Below the pieces are notes generated by a model. It was not told the DNA's origin and searched no databases. It was given only the letters and a program-made list of their open reading frames with translations. Both the position numbers and the translations under genes were made by a program. From positions 10,805-74,804 of the forward strand of contig JABAYJ010000006.1 of NCBI GenBank assembly GCA_018609055.1: 64,000 nucleotides of DNA. The letters run 5' to 3'. Source of the stretch: Flavobacteriales bacterium. GTDB taxonomy: Bacteria > Bacteroidota > Bacteroidia > Flavobacteriales_D > CAJJDF01. Positions 58,730 to 64,000 of the stretch are shown here, piece after piece; within the stretch, counting starts at the first letter, position 1; each line of letters starts with the position of its first letter.

Positions 58730-59090
58730 ACCTAAACAGGTATTTATTGTAGATTACTTGGGAGCTATGCTATCTAGTTTTTTGCTTGGAATTGTATTGG
58801 TTTATTTCCAATCTTATGTTGGTTTGCCTAAAGCCATTTTATACCAACTAGCTATAATAGCATTGGTTTTAATGACCTATTCTGGGCTTTGTATCTTATT
58901 AATAAAGAAAAATCACAAGCCTTTTCTTATTACTATCGGTATCGCTAACATTGTTTACTGTATTGGCTCCCTTTATATTATGAATACATACTTTGCCGAG
59001 CTAACTATTTTGGGACTTTCATATTTTATACTTGAAAAGGGAATTGTACTAACTTTGGCTTACTTAGAAATTAAAACAGCATTGAAATGA
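58719..59090 (+). CDS. hypothetical membrane protein
   Basis: Four hydrophobic helices. It overlaps both neighbours, which suggests translational coupling. Confidence 0.5.
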   Translation: MTIKPKQVFIVDYLGAMLSSFLLGIVLVYFQSYVGLPKAILYQLAIIALVLMTYSGLCILLIKKNHKPFLITIGIANIVYCIGSLYIMNTYFAELTILGLSYFILEKGIVLTLAYLEIKTALK

Positions 59091-59980
59091 AATGGATTAA
59101 AGCAGCAAGATTAAGAACGCTACCACTTTCCTTAGCAGGAATAGTGATGGGTGGTGCTTTAAGTTTTTCTGGAGAGTTTAATACTACCATTTTTTGGTTA
59201 TGTATTGCTACTGCTACTGCTTTTCAGGTGTTATCAAACTATGCAAATGATTACGGAGATTTTGCTAAAGGAACGGATAACGATAACCGAGTAGGTCCAA
59301 AAAGAACCATGCAAGCAGGTTTGATTTCTAAAAAAGAAATGAAAACGGCATTGGTTATTACCTCAATAATTTCTTTGGCTCTAGGAGGATACTTATCCTA
59401 TTTAGGAACTCAACTGATGGAAACTAAATTTCTGATTCTGTTTCTAGTTTTAGGAGTATTGAGTGTTGTTGCAGCAATTAAATACACAGTAGGAAAAAGT
59501 GCCTATGGATACTCTGGGTTAGGTGACTTATTTGTATTTCTCTTTTTTGGATTAGTAGGTGTTTTAGGATCTAAGTTTCTTATTTCTGGTGAATTAAGTG
59601 GCTATGAAATATTGCCAGCATTCAGTATTGGCTTATTTTCTATGGCGGTTCTTAATCTCAATAATATGAGGGACGAACACAATGATAAAGAGAATAACAA
59701 GAATACTTTGGTCGTAAAAATGGGACTTAAAAAAGCTAAAATTTACCATTACATTTTGATATTAGTTGGGATGGGACTTTTGCTTATTCATTCTTATTTA
59801 ACAGCCGAAACTATTTGGCAATGGCTGTTTACTATTCCGTTTATAATTCTTGTAAAACATCTATTTTTTGTAAAGAAAACTATCGAAAACAGAGCACTTG
59901 ATCCTGAGTTAAAGAAAGTAGCTCTTTCTACTTTTTTGATTTCAATTTTAACCTTTTTAGGAATATACTTATCATGCTAA
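59087..59980 (+). CDS. menA: 1,4-dihydroxy-2-naphthoate polyprenyltransferase
   Basis: UbiA family motif NDYGDFAKGTD. Multi-pass membrane protein. Confidence 0.85.
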   Translation: MKWIKAARLRTLPLSLAGIVMGGALSFSGEFNTTIFWLCIATATAFQVLSNYANDYGDFAKGTDNDNRVGPKRTMQAGLISKKEMKTALVITSIISLALGGYLSYLGTQLMETKFLILFLVLGVLSVVAAIKYTVGKSAYGYSGLGDLFVFLFFGLVGVLGSKFLISGELSGYEILPAFSIGLFSMAVLNLNNMRDEHNDKENNKNTLVVKMGLKKAKIYHYILILVGMGLLLIHSYLTAETIWQWLFTIPFIILVKHLFFVKKTIENRALDPELKKVALSTFLISILTFLGIYLSC

Positions 59981-61017
59981 AAGCTAGTTTTAAAAAATAT
60001 ACGCTCAACTTAACCGAGGAAAGAGGGACATCAAGAGGTTGGTTGCAAACCAAAGACTCTTGGTTTATAAAAGTGTGGAATGTAAGTAATCCAAAAGTAA
60101 TTGGAATAGGTGAATGCAGTTATTTACCCAACCTAAATCCAGAAAATTTAGACACTTACGAAGATAAAGTTGCGGAAGTATGCAATCGTATTAATGATAA
60201 CGAACATTGGCTTTCAGAAGGATTAACAGAGTTTCCGTCTATCCACTTTGGACTGGAAGTAGCTTTATTAGATTTAGAAAAAAACGGCAGTAAAATCTTA
60301 TTCGACTCGCCCTTTTCTTTATCTCAAAACCCCACTCCTATTAATGGATTAATTTGGATGGGAACATTTGAAAACATGATGCAACAAGTAGATGAAAAGA
60401 TTGCTGCAGGTTTTAGATGTATCAAATTAAAAATTGGAGCCATTGATTTTGATAAAGAGCTTCATATCTTAAAAAGCATTAGAGAAAAAAGTAAAACAAT
60501 AGAAATACGTGTAGATGCTAATGGAGCATTTTCACCTTCAGAAGCATTAGAGAAACTAACTCAACTAGCCGAATTCAACTTACACTCGATTGAGCAACCT
60601 ATTAAACAAGGATTCCCAGCAACTATGAATCAATTGTGTAAAGAAAGTCCTTTGCCAATTGCACTAGACGAAGAACTGATAGGAAAATATACCAGAGAAG
60701 CCAAATCAGAAACTTTGGACGCAATAAATCCTCCGTACATTATTCTAAAACCTTCATTAATTGGTGGAATAAAAGGAAGTAAGGAATGGATAGAACTTGC
60801 CGAAGAAAGAGAAATAAAATGGTGGATTACTTCTGCGTTAGAATCCAATATTGGTTTAAATGCTATTTCGCAATTTGTTGCAACTACTGGAAACACTATG
60901 TTTCAAGGACTAGGAACTGGTAAACTATACACCAACAATATTAGCTCTCCATTAAGTGTAGAGAGTGACGAGATTTTTTATAAGCAAGATTTAAATTGGG
61001 ATTTAAGTGGATTATAA
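59974..61017 (+). CDS. menC: o-succinylbenzoate synthase (enolase superfamily)
   Basis: IKLKIG, RVDANGAF, IEQP, LDEEL. Confidence 0.8.
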   Translation: MLKASFKKYTLNLTEERGTSRGWLQTKDSWFIKVWNVSNPKVIGIGECSYLPNLNPENLDTYEDKVAEVCNRINDNEHWLSEGLTEFPSIHFGLEVALLDLEKNGSKILFDSPFSLSQNPTPINGLIWMGTFENMMQQVDEKIAAGFRCIKLKIGAIDFDKELHILKSIREKSKTIEIRVDANGAFSPSEALEKLTQLAEFNLHSIEQPIKQGFPATMNQLCKESPLPIALDEELIGKYTREAKSETLDAINPPYIILKPSLIGGIKGSKEWIELAEEREIKWWITSALESNIGLNAISQFVATTGNTMFQGLGTGKLYTNNISSPLSVESDEIFYKQDLNWDLSGL

Positions 61018-62032
61018 ATCATTAGAACATATAACCCTGAATCAAAATACCTATTCTAAAAAAGAGATCTTAGAATTGGAATTAAAGGAAGAAAATCACT
61101 TTAAAGAAGTAGTTAATTTCCTTAAAGAATGGTTTTCAAACTCTACCGGAATAACCGTTCAAACATCAGGTTCTACAGGAAAACCAAAACAAATAGCTAT
61201 ACCTAAACAAAGCTTTGTAGAAAGCGCTTGTAACACTTGTGAGTTTTTGAGTTTGGATAAAAACACTAGTGCATTATTATGTATTCCAGTGAAATATATT
61301 GGAGGAAAAATGATGGTTATTCGTGCATTAACTTCTGGATATAATTTGTGGATTGAGGATCCTAAATCATCTCCTTTGAAGAATTTTAAACACACAGTAG
61401 ATTTCTTGGCAATTACTCCAATGCAAGCCCAACAGATACTAGTTGATTCGCCAAAAGAATTGGAACAAATACACCAAGTAATTATTGGTGGTGGAGCAGT
61501 TACACAAAGCTTTACAAATGAAATTAAGATTTTTAGAAACAATTTCTACTCTACTTATGGAATGACAGAAACGGTTAGCCATATCGCCTTAAAAAGACTA
61601 AACGGAAGCCAACTGTCCGATTCTTTTGAAGTGCTCCCCTTCTATTCAGTATCACTAAATGATGAAAACTGCTTGGTAATTGATTGCCCAAGTTTGACTT
61701 CAGAAACTATTGTTACCAATGACATTGCTGAGCTTACAAATAAAGGATTTAAGTGGCTAGGTAGAAAAGACAATGTGATTAACTCTGGAGGAATTAAAAT
61801 TTCGCCTGAAGCTATTGAAGAAAAGATAAAAGCCAAATATCCTGATTTGGTGTTTTACATCACTTCTAAAAAAGATGAAAAACTTGGAGAAAAAGTAGTT
61901 TTGGTAACTGAAAAAGAGATTGAGATTGACTTTAAGAATTTAGACTTAGAAAAGTATGAAGTTCCGAAAGAGATAATATTTAAACCAATTTCTAGAACAG
62001 AAACAGGGAAAATTAAAAGAGAAAAATTTTAG
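61007..62032 (+). CDS. menE: o-succinylbenzoate--CoA ligase (short form)
   Basis: AMP-binding motifs TSGSTGKPK and YGMTET. Sits in the men operon. Confidence 0.75.
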   Translation: MDYKSLEHITLNQNTYSKKEILELELKEENHFKEVVNFLKEWFSNSTGITVQTSGSTGKPKQIAIPKQSFVESACNTCEFLSLDKNTSALLCIPVKYIGGKMMVIRALTSGYNLWIEDPKSSPLKNFKHTVDFLAITPMQAQQILVDSPKELEQIHQVIIGGGAVTQSFTNEIKIFRNNFYSTYGMTETVSHIALKRLNGSQLSDSFEVLPFYSVSLNDENCLVIDCPSLTSETIVTNDIAELTNKGFKWLGRKDNVINSGGIKISPEAIEEKIKAKYPDLVFYITSKKDEKLGEKVVLVTEKEIEIDFKNLDLEKYEVPKEIIFKPISRTETGKIKREKF

Positions 62033-62313
62033 TTTACCCTAACTTTCTTTATTAAACCTAATAAAGTAGTAACCCAAAAGTAAATAAGCAAAGGAAGTAC
62101 TAATAAGATAAGCTTATTAAACCCCCAAGCGGCTTTAAAATCAAAATGAATTGCGTGTTGCACGCTTCTGGTAATTCCACAACCAGGACATTCTCTATCT
62201 AGCAATAGTTTTGAAGGACAAAGTGCTTGACCTGTATCAAAATATGTTGCTGGGAGCAACAACAATAAAAAAGGGATGAGAACCCAGATTGCTATTTTAA
62301 TCTTGTTCCACAT
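62029..62313 (-). CDS. DUF2752 domain-containing membrane protein
   Basis: CPSK....ECPGCGITRS motif plus two helices. Confidence 0.7.
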   Translation of the reverse strand: MWNKIKIAIWVLIPFLLLLLPATYFDTGQALCPSKLLLDRECPGCGITRSVQHAIHFDFKAAWGFNKLILLVLPLLIYFWVTTLLGLIKKVRVN

Positions 62314-62342
62314 CCCTTTAATTTTAATTATAAAATTTATTC

Positions 62343-62963
62343 TTAGTATCTATCTCTAATAATAATAAAAGCGTGAATTACTCCTGGGATATAACATAAT
62401 ATTGAAAGTAAAATATTAATCAATACAGTTTCTAAATCCCAATCAGTTACAATACCAACTGCTACAAAAGGGATTAACACTGCTAAAACATAAAGTAATA
62501 TTAGCATATCATCATCTGATGAATCTTCTTTGTTTTTCTCATTTTTATTTTGAGTAAAAACATCTTTCTCGATTGAAGAGACAACACCTTCAACTATTGG
62601 GTTAGAAATTTCTGAAGCTACAACTAATTGCTCTCTAGATTGAAAAACTACTTTACTTTTAATTGATTCTTCTGCATTTACAACATCAGCAGTTTCCGTC
62701 AAAACATTTTCTTGAGCTACAGCAGCTGAACTAGTTACTTCTTGCTCATAAGTTATTTCTTCTTTAGTTTCTATTGATTTTGATTCAACTATTTCGTCTG
62801 ATTGAATTACTTTAGTTTTTTCTTCTACATTTCTGGTTGAGTTAACATGCCAACCTTTTTTATATTTCCTTTTTTGAAATATTTTATTTGATGCCACATC
62901 ACTAGATGTAGAACAAGAAGCTAAAATTATTAGCCCTAATACAAACGATAATACTTTTTTCAT
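62343..62963 (-). CDS. lipoprotein with acidic linker and C-terminal YqaE/Pmp3-like two-helix domain
   Basis: Lipobox ILASCSTSS and a QKRKYKKGWHVN motif. C-terminal LAVLIPFVAVGIV...INILLSILCYIPGVIHAFIII resembles Pmp3/UPF0057. Confidence 0.6.
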   Translation of the reverse strand: MKKVLSFVLGLIILASCSTSSDVASNKIFQKRKYKKGWHVNSTRNVEEKTKVIQSDEIVESKSIETKEEITYEQEVTSSAAVAQENVLTETADVVNAEESIKSKVVFQSREQLVVASEISNPIVEGVVSSIEKDVFTQNKNEKNKEDSSDDDMLILLYVLAVLIPFVAVGIVTDWDLETVLINILLSILCYIPGVIHAFIIIRDRY

Positions 62964-63051
62964 TGTTTATTTTTTTTTAAAATTAATAATAAACAAGATA
63001 AAAAATTAATTCCAAAATTGGAACTCAAGTTTAATTTATTCTAAGAATAAA

Positions 63052-63771
63052 TTAAACTTTAAAAAAACCTCTAATAATTGTTATTAATGCATGAATATAT
63101 GCAGCTAAATATAAAATAAACGAAAATGAAAGACAAAAGAAAAATCCCAATCCACTAAAAGAAAATAAGAAAATAAAAGTTGCAGCAACTAAAAACAATG
63201 AGCCAATTAAAAATAAATATAAGTTAAACTTGAGAGCTCCTCCTCTTCCAACAGCAACTAATATGGCTAATGGTGTAATCCCAGTAAATAATATTACAAT
63301 ACCCAGTAACATCAATAATATTCTAGATGTAGAATCGGAGTTTTCTACTGGCATGGAAGAACTGTTTTCATCAGGAATTAATGATATAAATCCTGAATTT
63401 TGATTTTCTATTATTGTTGGTAGAGTTTCTTCTTTGTTAAGAACATTTGAAAGGCTTTGTTTTACTTTAGTGCTATTTTCGTAATGAACTGTAGAATTTA
63501 AAACAGAATTTGTTTCAACACTATATTCAGACAATACTTCTTCATCAATCTCTTTTTTAGCAACTAATTCTTGAGTCGATTCAGAAACTTTAATTGCAGA
63601 ATAAATCTCTTTTTTGTTTTGATTATTCTTATCAAATATAGGTGTGCGGTTAGAATGCCACCCTTTTTGGTATTTTCTTTTTTGAAGTAATTTAGAAGAA
63701 GCTACATCACTAGAAGTAGAGCATGAAGCTAAAAAAAGGATTGAAAAACAAAAGGCTATGATTTTTTTCAT
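63052..63771 (-). CDS. paralogous lipoprotein with C-terminal multi-helix membrane domain
   Basis: The N-terminus FLASCSTSSDVASSKLLQKRKYQKGWHSN is nearly identical in pattern to the 62343 gene. The C-terminus ends ...LAAYIHALITIIRG. Confidence 0.6.
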   Translation of the reverse strand: MKKIIAFCFSILFLASCSTSSDVASSKLLQKRKYQKGWHSNRTPIFDKNNQNKKEIYSAIKVSESTQELVAKKEIDEEVLSEYSVETNSVLNSTVHYENSTKVKQSLSNVLNKEETLPTIIENQNSGFISLIPDENSSSMPVENSDSTSRILLMLLGIVILFTGITPLAILVAVGRGGALKFNLYLFLIGSLFLVAATFIFLFSFSGLGFFFCLSFSFILYLAAYIHALITIIRGFFKV

Positions 63772-63844
63772 GTCATATTTAATTATGTGGATATATACTA
63801 AGTTTAGTAATTAAATCAGTGAAAATAATAACAAAATTAACTTA

Positions 63845-64000
63845 TCAACAAACAAATGTGGACGTCATAGCTTCTGCGATCTTGGTTGGAAGATCATTTT
63901 TTGAAGCATCAAAAGACATTTTTATCATGTTACAAATTGCTTCGTCATTAGAAATTCCGTGCGCAATGATTACATTAGAATTTATACCCAATACTGGAGT
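63845..64000 (-). CDS. plsX: phosphate acyltransferase PlsX, C-terminal 51 codons (rest lies right of the window)
   Basis: The minus strand reads TPVLGINSNVIIAHGISNDEAICNMIKMSFDASKNDLPTKIAEAM...*. GxNGxVIIxHGxS is the conserved PlsX C-terminal block. Confidence 0.7.
   Translation of the reverse strand, partial: TPVLGINSNVIIAHGISNDEAICNMIKMSFDASKNDLPTKIAEAMTSTFVC

Noticed and set aside
63028-63058. Perfect 14-bp-arm hairpin AGTTTAATTTATTC-TAA-GAATAAATTAAACT at the end of the 63052 gene, considered as a terminator.
   Set aside because: The stem is almost pure A/T, overlaps the stop codon and is not directly followed by a T run. It is too weak to call.
1-64000. Search for rRNA, tRNA, tmRNA, riboswitches, CRISPR arrays, IS elements or transposases.
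   Set aside because: None recognised. Intergenic regions are short (mostly under 230 bp) and are accounted for by promoters and terminators. This was inspection by eye, so small ncRNAs cannot be excluded.

Overview
Low-GC chromosomal segment that looks like a Bacteroidota (Flavobacteriia-like) genome. The signs are T9SS C-terminal sorting domains of both type A and type B, exact TAnnTTTG -7 promoter boxes, bshA, a split transketolase and a menaquinone gene set. About 60 CDS look intact and are mostly housekeeping: rnz, tag, folD, ffh, argS, murB, surE, ndk, maf, lhgO, rlmH, bshA, trmH-like, a DEAD-box helicase, meaB, menD/ubiE/menA/menC/menE and a partial plsX. I saw no rRNA, tRNA, CRISPR array, transposase or recognisable multi-gene defence system. 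Four things stand out. (1) A conserved 29-bp bipartite element, two TTCATGAA palindromes exactly 21 bp apart joined by a T7-8 tract, lies upstream of three T9SS-cargo genes. (2) A decayed integrative-island scar spans 44.0-47.3 kb: an 85-bp copy of the 3' end of an SDR/DUF2867 gene, itself split by an 808-bp insert carrying a truncated serine recombinase, with an XRE gene alongside. (3) Broken genes are unusually dense (8-9 in 64 kb), including two adjacent lipoprotein genes with in-frame TAA, TGA and TAG codons. (4) Several domain fusions look unusual: ribosomal protein THX fused to a Lys/Ala-rich linker and a Rho_N-like domain, lipoproteins fused to Pmp3/YqaE, and a two-module PLP-enzyme-like protein. 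All functional calls rest on motif recognition by eye and memory of protein families. No search was run, and coordinates of small sites were anchored on the supplied ORF track.
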